Below, piece after piece: positions 39,650-49,671 of a DNA stretch of 64,000 nucleotides. Both the position numbers and the translations under genes were made by a program. Location of the stretch: positions 768,001-832,000 of the forward strand of contig CAWCRS010000005.1 of assembly GCA_963798085.1 (NCBI GenBank). Direction: 5' to 3'. This stretch comes from an uncultured Gemmatimonadales bacterium. Lineage in GTDB: Bacteria; Gemmatimonadota; Gemmatimonadetes; Longimicrobiales; RSA9. Numbering within the stretch: position 1 is the stretch's first letter; each line of letters begins with the position of its first letter. Below the pieces are notes generated by a model, which worked only from the letters and a program-made list of their open reading frames with translations, made no database searches and was not told the DNA's origin.

Positions 39650-40653
39650 TGGCGGTGGAAACACTGCTCGCGCTGGCGCTGCTGGCCGCGCTCGTGATCT
39701 ACGCGCTGACCGGTGGCGCGGACTTCGGCAGTGGCATGTGGGATCTGCTGGCGTTCGGCCCGCGTGCGGCGCGGCAGCGCGCGGCGCTGGCGGACGCGAT
39801 CGCACCGATCTGGGAAGCCAATCACGTGTGGCTGATCCTGCTGGTGGTCCTGCTGTTCACGGCGTTCCCGCCTGCATTCGCCGCCATCATGATCGCGCTG
39901 CACGTGCCGCTCATGCTGATTCTCGTCGGCGTGGTGCTGCGCGGCTCGGCGTTCGTGTTCCGCAAATATGCGGCGTCACGCGACGTCGTGTACCGGCGCT
40001 GGAGCACGGTGTTCGGCGCATCCAGTCTGTTCACGCCCTTCCTCCTGGGTGCCTGCCTGGGCGCATTGGGCTCGGGGGAGATCCGGGTCCAGAACAATGC
40101 GGTAAGCACGGGCCTGGTGGCCGGCTGGCTCCAGCCGTTCGCCATCGGCTGCGGCCTGTTCGCGCAGGGCCTGTTCAGCTTCCTCGCCGCTACGTACATG
40201 ACGGTGGAGACCAGAGGCGATGCCGTGCTGCAGCAGGATTTCCGGCTGCGCGCACTGCTGTCGGGTCTCGCGCTGGCGCCGCTGGCCGCGGCCGTGTTCC
40301 TGCTCGCCCGCAGCGGCGCGCCCGAGATCTACAGCGGCCTCACACGCTGGTGGGCGCCGCTGCTGCTCGCGGTGACCAGCGCGTGTGCGCTCGTCGCACT
40401 GTGGTCTCTGCTGCGGCTGCGGTTCCGGATCGCCCGCATCGCAGCGGCTGCGCAGGTCGCGTGCATTCTGCTGGGCTGGGGACTGGCGCAATACCCGTAT
40501 CTGGTCGTGCCGGATGTGACCGTGGCGGGCAGTGCGGGCGCGCCGGCTACCCTGCGCATGGTGAGCTGGGCCCTGGCCGCGGGCGGAGCGCTGCTGCTGC
40601 CGTCCTTCCTCTGGCTGTTCCGCGTGTTCAAGGCGAGGCCGGATCGCCGCTGA
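39649..40653 (+). CDS. cydB: Cytochrome bd quinol oxidase subunit II
   Basis: GGADFGSG, PIWEANHVWL, LRGSAFVFR; TGATG coupling to cydA. Confidence 0.95.
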   Translation: MAVETLLALALLAALVIYALTGGADFGSGMWDLLAFGPRAARQRAALADAIAPIWEANHVWLILLVVLLFTAFPPAFAAIMIALHVPLMLILVGVVLRGSAFVFRKYAASRDVVYRRWSTVFGASSLFTPFLLGACLGALGSGEIRVQNNAVSTGLVAGWLQPFAIGCGLFAQGLFSFLAATYMTVETRGDAVLQQDFRLRALLSGLALAPLAAAVFLLARSGAPEIYSGLTRWWAPLLLAVTSACALVALWSLLRLRFRIARIAAAAQVACILLGWGLAQYPYLVVPDVTVAGSAGAPATLRMVSWALAAGGALLLPSFLWLFRVFKARPDRR

Positions 40654-40841
40654 TCGGGCCCGGCAGCGGCATGCCGGCAATTTCGACCGGCGAATGAATT
40701 CAGCCTGTGGGGAAAAACCTTCCGCACCTGCCAACCCGTCAAAACTCGTAAATCGCCAGCACAGGCCAACTTTCGCTCGCGGCACGGATCTGGTTGCAGA
40801 TGCTGCCGAGCAAGTCACACCGAACGCGAAAGTGTCCATCA

Positions 40842-41315
40842 GTGAGCCAGATCGAGACACGCCGACTGAGCCGAGGCAGGTCAGGCTTCTCGCTGACCGA
40901 GTTGATGGTGGTCATCATCATCTTCGGAATCCTGACCGCGATAGCGCTCCCCTCGATCTCCAAGTCCATGACGACGTCGACGGTGGACCGCGCTTCGCAG
41001 GTCGTGCTGGACGACATCGAGGCAGCCTTTTCGCTGGCGGCCCGCGAACAGCGGCCCGTGACCCTGACCGTGAATTCGGTCGCCTTGACCTACACGATCC
41101 GCGATCGGGCCACCTCCAGTGTGCTGCAGACCCGTGTGTTCGGGGGTCCGAATGCGGCGCTCCGGATGACCGGACTTACCTCGACGGCCAGTCCGGTGAC
41201 CTTCTTTCCCAACGGCCTGGCGAGTACCGGCTTCACCATCACGATCACGGCCGTGCTGGATCGGCGGGCGGTGGTGGCGACGCGCACGGGCCAGATGCGA
41301 GTGATCGTGCCATGA
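40842..41315 (+). CDS. Type IV minor pilin, FimT/GspH-like
   Basis: Class III signal RSG-FSLTELMVVIIIFGILTAIALP; VTFFPNG; GTG start at 40842 preferred. Confidence 0.85.
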   Translation: MSQIETRRLSRGRSGFSLTELMVVIIIFGILTAIALPSISKSMTTSTVDRASQVVLDDIEAAFSLAAREQRPVTLTVNSVALTYTIRDRATSSVLQTRVFGGPNAALRMTGLTSTASPVTFFPNGLASTGFTITITAVLDRRAVVATRTGQMRVIVP

Positions 41316-41710
41316 AACGAATACTGCGACGCCGGCAAGGCATCACACTGGTGGAACTGCTGGTGGCGATGGTGGTGCTCGGCATCATGCTGACCTCGGT
41401 TGCGGGGGCGACTTTCCAGTCTGCCCGCCGCACGATGTCCGTCGCGGGTAGCGGGTACCGCCAGGGCGTGTTGATGGAGGAGGTCAACCGATTGGGCGCA
41501 CTTCCCTACAGCGCCCTGCCCAGTGGCACCAGCTGTCGCACGATCACCGCCGGCCTGCAGACATTCAACAGCTGCGTGACTGCGTCGGCGTTCGGGCTCT
41601 ACGGCATGCAGCTGCGCGTCGTCGTTCGGCCGGCCCAGCCCGGGGTCGCTCCGGACACGGTAACCTTCGTGCGCGCGGCCGCTCCCACAATCAATCCGCT
41701 GAGCATGTGA
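41312..41710 (+). CDS. Type IV minor pilin, PilV-like
   Basis: RQG-ITLVELLVAMVVLGI; ATGA overlap with the previous gene; one Cys pair. Confidence 0.83.
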   Translation: MKRILRRRQGITLVELLVAMVVLGIMLTSVAGATFQSARRTMSVAGSGYRQGVLMEEVNRLGALPYSALPSGTSCRTITAGLQTFNSCVTASAFGLYGMQLRVVVRPAQPGVAPDTVTFVRAAAPTINPLSM

Positions 41711-42534
41711 TGACCCTGTCGCACTCGAGACGCGGCGCGACGCTCGTCGAACTTCTCGTTGCTGTCGTGGTGATGACCATCATTGGCGCTGGCCTGGTGC
41801 GCCTCATGTCTTCGCAGTCGCGGTTCTTCACGAACCAGGAAGGGCAGCAGAACGCCCGCCGCGTAGCCCGCTCGGGCCTCGGTCTGCTGCTCATCGACCT
41901 GCGCATGATCGACCCCGACAGTGGCGTAGTCAGTGCTTCGCCCAGCTCCATCACCATGCGCATTCCCTACCGGATGGGCGTGTCGTGCGGGGCCAGTGGC
42001 GGGGCCACCTACGTTGCGACGCAGCCGGTCGATTCCGTGATCAATGCCGAGGCAGGGTACTCGGGGTACGGCTACGTCGACGTGAATGGTGTTGCGCACT
42101 ACACGGAGCCGGGCGGTGCGGTGGGCTCGGCGAGCGGCGCCGTGTGCACGGCAGCCGGCGTGGACACGGTTCCCACCGGTCGCGTGATCACGGTGACACC
42201 CGCCATTGCCGCGGCAACGGTGGGCACACCCGTGTTTCTCTTTCAGCGCATCACGTACGCGTTCGCTGCATCCACGTCCGTCAGCGGAACGCGCGGTCTG
42301 TTTCGCACGATTGTAGCGCGCTCGCTCACTGAGGAAATCTCCGCGCCGTTCGATACGGCGGCGAAATTCGCTTACTACGTTCCGGGTTCCAGCACGCCGG
42401 TAAGCAATCCGGCCGCGGGTACGACCGTGCTCGGCATGGATCTCCAGCTCATCGGCCTGAACGAACGCAACATTACGAATGGCAGGACGCAGCAGGCGCC
42501 CATGCAGTCCGCCGTTTACTTCGAGAATCGCTGA
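41710..42534 (+). CDS. Type IV minor pilin, PilW-like
   Basis: RRG-ATLVELLVAVVV; DLRM motif after helix 1; coupled start. Confidence 0.83.
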   Translation: MTLSHSRRGATLVELLVAVVVMTIIGAGLVRLMSSQSRFFTNQEGQQNARRVARSGLGLLLIDLRMIDPDSGVVSASPSSITMRIPYRMGVSCGASGGATYVATQPVDSVINAEAGYSGYGYVDVNGVAHYTEPGGAVGSASGAVCTAAGVDTVPTGRVITVTPAIAAATVGTPVFLFQRITYAFAASTSVSGTRGLFRTIVARSLTEEISAPFDTAAKFAYYVPGSSTPVSNPAAGTTVLGMDLQLIGLNERNITNGRTQQAPMQSAVYFENR

Positions 42535-42549
42535 GAGGAAGGACGGGCC

Positions 42550-43619
42550 ATGTCGCGCACTCGCAATCGCTCCGGTTTCGCCCTGCCCATCACGTTGCTG
42601 ATTCTCGCGTTCCTCACAGTGGGCGTGGCCACGTCGTTCGCGCGCGTGCAGTCCGAACTGCACGCCGAACAGAGTCTCGACGTTCGCACGGACGCCTTCC
42701 TCATGGCGCAGACCGGTCTCGAGCGCTTTGCTGTCGAGCGCACGAGCATGGGTTTTACGAGCAATCCGCCGGCACAGGTCGAGTCGGTACGCGTCATGCT
42801 TGCGGGCGGCTGGGCGGATGTCGTGGCCCGGCGCGTGCGACCCAAGAACGGAGCCGTTCCCGCTGTCTACCTGCTGAAGTCCAAGGGCACGCGCGTGACC
42901 GGTTCCATGCCCTGGATGCCGCGGGCGGAACACGTGGTTGCACAGTATGCGGTGTTTCGCGAGGGCAGCATGAATGTGCTCTCCGCCTGGACCAGTCTGA
43001 GCGGCCTGCACAAGAACGGCTCCTCCGGCACGATCGACGGAACCAATGCCTGCGGTGTGATGCCGCCTGTCGCCGGCGTCGCGGTGCCTGACGTGCCCGC
43101 GTACACGCAGAGCGGCGGTGGTACCGTGCCCACGGGCAGTCCGCCCATTGATTCACTGGGCACGCAGACACAGGCCAACAACGCGGTTCGCATCGACTGG
43201 GACGGTATTGTCAACCACAATGCCATTCCCGCAGACGTCACATCCCGACGCAGTCCTGGCCTGCAGGCATGACCGGGAGCTACTGGCCTGTGATCCGCGT
43301 GAACGGAAACCTCTCCCTGCCGGGAGACGGGCAGGGCACGCTGATCGTCACGGGCGATTTCACGATCAGTGGGTCGCAGAAGTGGAAAGGGATCATCCTC
43401 GTGGGTGGCACCATCGCCGCGAATGGCAACAACAATGTGCAGGGCGCAGTCGTGAGCGGTCTCAATGAGAAGCTGGGAATCGCCGTGCCGCAGAGTGATG
43501 TTGGCAACGGCACCAAGACCTATCTCTACAATTCGTGCTACATTGCCAATGCGCTGACGCGCTACGCCGCGTTCGTGCTCATGAGCAAGACCTGGAGCGA
43601 CAACTGGGCCAACTGGTGA
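42550..43619 (+). CDS. Type IV minor pilin, PilX-like; frameshift near 43241
   Basis: RSG-FALPITLL lacking Glu5, AFLMAQTGLE. Adding one C at about 43241 joins it to the GTLIVTGD..WKGIILVGG tail ending at 43619. Confidence 0.8.
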
Positions 43620-43715
43620 CAGCGGCTGCCTGAACTGCGCTGCACAGGTTGTTGCCGCAGACCCACCCAGGGCCGCCGTCCTGCCGGACCGGCGGCGGCA
43701 CCCCGACATCAGCCC

Positions 43716-45707
43716 TTACGGTTGCGCCCGGACCGGCCGCGCAATGCGCGAGAGGCCATGGCGTTCGAGCAGCGCCAGGAAGCGCGGGTCGGCGCGCATG
43801 GGCTCCCATAACACGCCGTTAACAGCCATGGGCACTTCACTCAGGTGCAGCTGCGCCGCGTGCTCGAAGTGCACCAGTGCCTGGTCAATGTCACCCAGCG
43901 AGCAATGGACAATGGCGAAGTCGATGGCCAGCGCCAGTTCCGGGTGCTGCGCCTGGCGCTCCTCGAGCTGCTCGATGATGCGCCGCGCGTCGTCGCGGCG
44001 GCCCATGCGCGCGTACGCCAGGCCGCGTGTGGCCAGACCCTTGTACGGGTCGCCCGTGATCTCGACCACGCGCTCGAACATGCGCAGCGCCTCGTCGTAG
44101 CGGCCCAGCTGACAGAGCACGAGACCCCTGCCATCCGCGGCCGCGCGGAACAGCGGGTCGGCATCCAGGATGCTGTCCATGACGACGAGCGCATCCTGGT
44201 AGCGCCGGGCGTTGAGGAGTGCCCAGCCCATCACGATGCGCGTGGGCAGCGACAGCGGGTCCAGCTGCGTGGCGGTCTCCATCTCCTCCACAGCCTGCTC
44301 GAATTCGCCCACGATGTTCAGGTAGAGGCCGAATGCGTGATGGGCGACGGCCGAGCCGGGCGCCAACCCCAGGCCCTTCTGCAGCGCGGCATACCCGCCC
44401 TCGAAATCCCACCGCCCCAGCAGCTTCACGTAGGCCAGCGCGATGTGCGCGTCCGGCTGCAGCGGGTCCAGCCGCAGCGCCTGCAGCGCGACCGCCTCCG
44501 CGGCAGCCATGGTGGCCGGCGGATTCGCCTGGCCCGACGCGCCCAGGTGCATCAGGCAGTACGCCTGCCACGCCAGTGCGGGTGTGTAGGTCTCGTCGAG
44601 CGCGAGCGCCTGCGTGAAGAACTCGATGGCGCGCCGGGCGGACTCGGGCGTCCAGCGGTAGTACTCGTGCAGTCCGCGCAGGAACAGCGCGTGCGCCTGC
44701 ACGCTCGTGCGCTGCGTCCCGGACGCGTGCTGGCGCCGCGGCTCCATGCGGTCGCCCACCGCGGACACAATGGCGCCGGCGATCTCATCCTGGGCGCCGA
44801 ACACATCCTCCAGCGTGCGATCCCATGTGTGTGAGAAGATGTGGTAGCCGCTGGCGGCGTCAATGTATTGCGCTGTTATGCGAACGCGCGGCCCCGCCTT
44901 GCGGACGCTGCCCTCGAGCACGGTCTCCACGCCCAGCTGGCGGGCAATGCTGCGGATGTCGTCGTTGCGGCCCTTGAACGCGAACGAGGATGTCCTCGCG
45001 GTGACCTGCAATCCGTTCACGCGTGTGAGCGCGTTGATGATCTCTTCGGTGATGCCGTCGCTGAAGAACTCGTTCTCCGGATCCGCGCTCAGATTCACGA
45101 AGGGCAGCACCGCCACACTGCGTTTCTCCTGCCGCGCCGGGCCGGGCAGTGCTTCCGGCGAGGGCATGCGCACACCGTCGCTGATGATGGCGAACACTTC
45201 GATGGGCCGGCGCACGTTCTTGAGCTGGAACTCGCCCAGCGAGACGGCCGCGATCTGCGGCTGGTTCTTGATCTCGTCGTAGACCTTGGCGGACACCAGC
45301 ACGGAGCCGGCCGTGCCCAGGCTCTGGATGCGTGATGCCACATTGACGCCGTCGCCGAACACGCCATCGGCGTCGTACACGACATCGCCGGTGTGAATGC
45401 CCAGGCGCAGGGGCACGGGATCGGACCCGTTCAGTTCGCGCTCGATGGCGATGCCGGCAGTCACGGCTTCAATCGCGCTGTCGAATACGGAGAGCGCGCC
45501 ATCACCGTAGAACTGCAGTATGCGACCCGCGTGCTTCTGGATGTGCCGCTCGAGCACCGCGCGCTGCCGGTCGCGGTCGTGTCTCGCCTTTTCTTCGTTC
45601 TGCTGCATGAGCGCCGTGTAGCCCTCCATGTCCGTGAACATGATGGCGCTCAGCCGGCGCGTGCCGGTGCGGACTGCCGGATCGGAGGACATGATGGTGG
45701 ACGACAT
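43716..45707 (-). CDS. Class III nucleotidyl cyclase domain + TolB-N-like domain + TPR repeats
   Basis: AIMFTDMEGYT, GDG, RLGIHTG, GDGVNVASR; SVAVLPFVNLS..FSDGITEEII; VLEGSVR; TPR-like helices. Confidence 0.9.
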   Translation of the reverse strand: MSSTIMSSDPAVRTGTRRLSAIMFTDMEGYTALMQQNEEKARHDRDRQRAVLERHIQKHAGRILQFYGDGALSVFDSAIEAVTAGIAIERELNGSDPVPLRLGIHTGDVVYDADGVFGDGVNVASRIQSLGTAGSVLVSAKVYDEIKNQPQIAAVSLGEFQLKNVRRPIEVFAIISDGVRMPSPEALPGPARQEKRSVAVLPFVNLSADPENEFFSDGITEEIINALTRVNGLQVTARTSSFAFKGRNDDIRSIARQLGVETVLEGSVRKAGPRVRITAQYIDAASGYHIFSHTWDRTLEDVFGAQDEIAGAIVSAVGDRMEPRRQHASGTQRTSVQAHALFLRGLHEYYRWTPESARRAIEFFTQALALDETYTPALAWQAYCLMHLGASGQANPPATMAAAEAVALQALRLDPLQPDAHIALAYVKLLGRWDFEGGYAALQKGLGLAPGSAVAHHAFGLYLNIVGEFEQAVEEMETATQLDPLSLPTRIVMGWALLNARRYQDALVVMDSILDADPLFRAAADGRGLVLCQLGRYDEALRMFERVVEITGDPYKGLATRGLAYARMGRRDDARRIIEQLEERQAQHPELALAIDFAIVHCSLGDIDQALVHFEHAAQLHLSEVPMAVNGVLWEPMRADPRFLALLERHGLSRIARPVRAQP

Positions 45708-45717
45708 GTCGTCGCCT

Positions 45718-46994
45718 TCAGCCGTTGCGACTGGCGACGTCGATCAGGCGCGCCACCGTGTCCAGCTCGGCCGGCGAGTTGTACACGTGCGCGGAGAGGC
45801 GCATGAAACCGTAGTCGTATTCGCCAATGACGCGCGTGCGCACGCTCAGCTTGTGGCCGTCGCCGCCATCGATGTCGGAGAGGCGGCGCTGCAGTTCCAG
45901 TGATTCAATGCCCTGCACCTTGAAGGACACCATGCCGGCGGCCATGCGCTCGTCCGGCGGCGAGACCAGCTGCACGCGCGGGTTTGCGCGCAGCCGCTCG
46001 CTGAGGTGCCGGCGCAGTTCGCGCACTCTTGCCGCGATGCGGTCGATGCCGATCGCTTCCTGGAAACGCAGTGCCGCATCGAGGCCGGCCATGCGCGACT
46101 CGTCGAACGTACCCGAGATGATTGAAACGCTGCGCACCCAGCGAGAGGTCATCCCAGCCGCCGGACGCGAGCGTGGGCCACAGCCTCGTGCGCCACTCCG
46201 GCGCCATCCACAGGAAGCCCGTGCCCTGCGGCGCCAGCAGCCACTTGTGCGGCGACGACGCGTAGAAGTCGGGCGCCAGCGCGCGCAGATCCACGCGCAT
46301 CATGCCCGGCGGGTGCGCCCCATCCACCACACACACAATGCCTCGCCCGCGACACAGATCGACGATCGCGCGCACCGGCATCAGCAGCCCCGTCGTGAAC
46401 GTGACGTGCGAGATCGAAACCACGCGTGTCCTGGCTGTGAGTGCGCGCCGGAAGATGCCGACGATCTCGTCGTCGGATGCGGGCGGGATCGGAATGGGCA
46501 GCTGGCGCAGTACGAGGTTGCGCCGCTTCGCCACGAGCTGCCATGGACACAGGCCGCCAATGTGCTCGTGGTTCGTCGTCAGGATCTCATCGCCATCCTT
46601 CAGCTCGAGACCGTTGGCGACGAAGTTCATCCCCTCCGTGGTGTTGCGCGGAAACACGAAACCCGCGGGATCGGCGTTCACGAACGCGCCCAGCCTGGCT
46701 TCCAGCGCGTTCCAGTCGACACCGGGCGGATACGTCATGGCGACGCGGCGGGTGTGCTCGATCACGGCATCGACCACGGCCCGTGGCTGCGGGCCCAGTG
46801 TGCCCACGTTCAGATAGAGCCGGTCTGCCGGGATCAGAAACGCGTCGCGCACGATGTCCCACACATCCTGCGCCGTTCGCCTGGCGCACGCGCGTGCCCA
46901 GCATATCGAGCGAGCGCGGCCACGCGACGGTGGCCATGGCGCTGGCTGCCGCCGCCAGGAACTGCCGCCGATTCGCGTGGGGTGAGGGAGACAT
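45718..46994 (-). CDS. Class V PLP-dependent aminotransferase (isopenicillin-N epimerase-like) with Tat signal; frameshifts near 46113 and 46875
   Basis: NRRQFLAAA; YLNVGTLG, RNTTEG, VDGAHPPG, SPHKWLLAPQGTG, RLSAHVYN, found across three frames. Confidence 0.85.
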
Positions 46995-47099
46995 CGCGGT
47001 CCGCTGCAGGTGAATACGCCGATCGTGCAGGATGACGGCGGCGCGGCAGACTTGGCAAGTGCGCGTGCCGGCGCGGCGAGGAACGCATACGTTGCTGCC

Positions 47100-48194
47100 G
47101 TGCCTTCGACCCTTGCCTACCTGCGCGCGTGGGCGCGTCCGGATGCCGCGCCGGTGACCGCGCTGGAAACCACCTATCCGCGCGGCGCCGAAGTGCTGCC
47201 CGCGTCGCTCTATCGCCCCCGCCGTTCCGGCCGCCTGCCCGGCTGGGTGGTGCTGCACGGGCTGACCTGGACCGGCCGCGAGCATCCTTCGCTCATTCGC
47301 TTCGTGCGCGCGCTCGCCGCCGCCGGCAACGTCGTGTTCGTCCCCGACATTCCGGAGTGGCGTGCACTGCGTGTCGCACCCACGGTGACGCTCGCCACCA
47401 TCGACGCGGCCGTGCGCACGCTGCACGAGCGCGCTGAAGTCGATCCCGCGCGCGTCGGCCTGCTCGGCTTTTCCTTCGGCGCGACGCACGCGCTCGTGGC
47501 CGCGGCGGATCCCGCAATTGCGGGTCTGCTGCGCGGCATTGCCGCCTGGGGCGGCTACTACGATGTGCCTCGCCTGTTCCGCTTCGGTGTCACCGGCGAG
47601 CACGACCTCGATGGCGTTTCCTGGCGCGTCCGTCCCGATCCCTACGGCGCGTGGCTCATGATCGGCAACTACTACACATTCATTCCCGGGCACGAAGCGG
47701 ATGCCGATGTGGCCGCGGCCGCGCACGCCCTGGCCTGCGAAGCGGGCCGCGTGCGCGCCTACGCGTGGGAACCCGTCTATGATGAAATGAAGCAGAGGTT
47801 GCGGGAGGGACTGCCCGCCGCCAAACGCGAAGTTTTCGACATCATTGCGCCGCACTCCGCGGCGCCACCCGTGGAACTCGAAGCGGGCCGCGAAATCGCG
47901 CGTCAGCTGAGCGCCGCCGTGCTGCGCGTGGAACCGGCCATGGACCCGCAGCCGTTCCTGTCCGCCGTGCGCGTGCCGGTGGTGCTGGCCCATGGCCGGG
48001 ACGACCGTCTGGTTCCGTTCAGCGAGACGGTCCGGCTGTCGCGCGCACTGCCGCCCCACCTGTTGAAGCACTGCGGTATCACATCGTTGTTCGCGCATTC
48101 GGGGGGCACCAACGCGCACCTGGGCGCCATGGGTCTGGTGCGCGAAGGCACGCGTTTCCTGACCGTTCTGCGGCGTATCCTGCACCTGCTCTGA
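47100..48194 (+). CDS. Alpha/beta hydrolase
   Basis: VVLHG, GFSFGA nucleophile elbow, HGRDDRLVP, LFAH. Start uncertain (47010-47100). Confidence 0.8.
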   Translation: MPSTLAYLRAWARPDAAPVTALETTYPRGAEVLPASLYRPRRSGRLPGWVVLHGLTWTGREHPSLIRFVRALAAAGNVVFVPDIPEWRALRVAPTVTLATIDAAVRTLHERAEVDPARVGLLGFSFGATHALVAAADPAIAGLLRGIAAWGGYYDVPRLFRFGVTGEHDLDGVSWRVRPDPYGAWLMIGNYYTFIPGHEADADVAAAAHALACEAGRVRAYAWEPVYDEMKQRLREGLPAAKREVFDIIAPHSAAPPVELEAGREIARQLSAAVLRVEPAMDPQPFLSAVRVPVVLAHGRDDRLVPFSETVRLSRALPPHLLKHCGITSLFAHSGGTNAHLGAMGLVREGTRFLTVLRRILHLL

Positions 48195-48292
48195 CCCGCC
48201 GGAGGGGCCGGACCCTGCCGGAACACGACGGGTATTGACGCCACGAGGACCGCGAAGACGCGGCCCACTCGCATGGGATTCGATTAACGGGC

Positions 48293-48724
48293 ATGTCTTC
48301 TCCCTCGGTTCCGGTTTTTCTGGCCGGCCCATTTCCAGTGCTGCACACGTCGCGCGTGAACGTGGGTGACCACGAAGTCGAACTCGACGTGGGCCTGCTC
48401 ATATCCGGTCTGCCCAGCATCCTCGCCTCGGCGCGTTTCCCGCTCGACGAATCGTGGGACCGCATCCTGGGCGCGCTGCAGAGCGGCGATGCGCGGCTGG
48501 GTGTGGCCGGCGTGCCGCACGAGCAGGACTCCGAGGTGGGCAGCACCGAGGTGTATCCTTCCGCCTATATCGGACTCGAGTGCGCGAATGGCGAGCGTCT
48601 CGTGCTCTCCCACATTCGCTCGCTGGATGGTGAGCTGGGCGCGGAAGCCTACGCGCGCGAGGTGATGGATTCGCTGCTCAAGGGCCTGACGCCGGACGAG
48701 CTGGGTCTCGCCATCGACGAGTAG
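48293..48724 (+). CDS. Hypothetical acidic protein
   Basis: 143 aa ORF with GC3-biased codons filling the gap; no recognised motif. Confidence 0.7.
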   Translation: MSSPSVPVFLAGPFPVLHTSRVNVGDHEVELDVGLLISGLPSILASARFPLDESWDRILGALQSGDARLGVAGVPHEQDSEVGSTEVYPSAYIGLECANGERLVLSHIRSLDGELGAEAYAREVMDSLLKGLTPDELGLAIDE

Positions 48725-48753
48725 ATTTCAGGCGACGATTCTCTTCCGTCTCT

Positions 48754-49671
48754 TCACTGACAAGCCGGCGTCGTGGTGTGGTCCGTCGTTGCCATCGCGA
48801 CGTTGCGCGGCACGATGGAAGCGAAGATCCCTGTGCCATCCCCGACAATGCTGGGCACCTGCACCATGCCCGATGGATTGAAGCGCCCGCCACGCACCCA
48901 GTTGACGTAGTTGCGATCCGCGGCCGCCACCACGGTCGAAGCGGAGACGTTCGCGGGCAGACCCGGCTGGAGCGCGACCAGCACGTCGGCCAGATCGGGA
49001 TCCGCGCGATCGAACAGTCCGAATTCCGAGGGAAACACCATCGTGGTATCCTGCCGGCCGACGGAGACGCCGAGCAGGCGAAGCGGATCATCCTTGACGG
49101 CAATGCCGCGCGGCTGGAGCGCGGCGCGGATGCCGCGCAACTCCGTTTCCGCGACGTACGCCCAGGTGCCGACAGCCGTGGTCCAGAGCAACTCGAAGTT
49201 CTGGTCGGCGTCCAGACGGCAACCGCTGATGGACGGGCGCAGGATCTGGAAATCGCCGGGCACCGTGGTCTCCCCGGTCATCACGCCGCCGTCTTCGAGT
49301 GTGATGCGCAGTGTGTAGTGGCGGCCCGGCAGGACGATGAGTCCGCCTGCCGACCGGTAACACGATCCCACCACGTCGGTGCCCGTCACCGTCGAGTCCG
49401 CATCGTCCAGGCACTGGCGTACCGGGACTTCCTCGAAGGAGAGCACGCGCTGCAGTGAATCGCGCACTTCGATGCGGGCGCCCGGCACGGTCAGCGAATC
49501 GGCGCTGCCGCGCGTACGATGCAGCAGCGCCAGCTGCGTCGGCTGTCCCGCGCGCAGCACGATCTCCGCCACGACCAGGTTGGCGGGCGTGGCCAGGGTG
49601 ATCTCGGTGAGCGCGCAGCCTGCTGACAGCACTGTCAGCAGGAGCGCAACCCGGCTGAGCCGCTGCTTCAA
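48754..49671 (-). CDS. Outer-membrane lipoprotein (DUF4249-like TonB-receptor partner)
   Basis: Lipobox LSAGC, VPGARIEV, PGRHYTLRI..GETTVP, SIVGDGTGIFAS. Confidence 0.7.
   Translation of the reverse strand: MKQRLSRVALLLTVLSAGCALTEITLATPANLVVAEIVLRAGQPTQLALLHRTRGSADSLTVPGARIEVRDSLQRVLSFEEVPVRQCLDDADSTVTGTDVVGSCYRSAGGLIVLPGRHYTLRITLEDGGVMTGETTVPGDFQILRPSISGCRLDADQNFELLWTTAVGTWAYVAETELRGIRAALQPRGIAVKDDPLRLLGVSVGRQDTTMVFPSEFGLFDRADPDLADVLVALQPGLPANVSASTVVAAADRNYVNWVRGGRFNPSGMVQVPSIVGDGTGIFASIVPRNVAMATTDHTTTPACQ

Noticed and set aside
40780..40798. Sigma54 promoter upstream of the pilin cassette (GGCACG..TTGCA)
   Set aside because: GG-to-GC spacing is 13 rather than the required 10 bp, although an indel error cannot be excluded.
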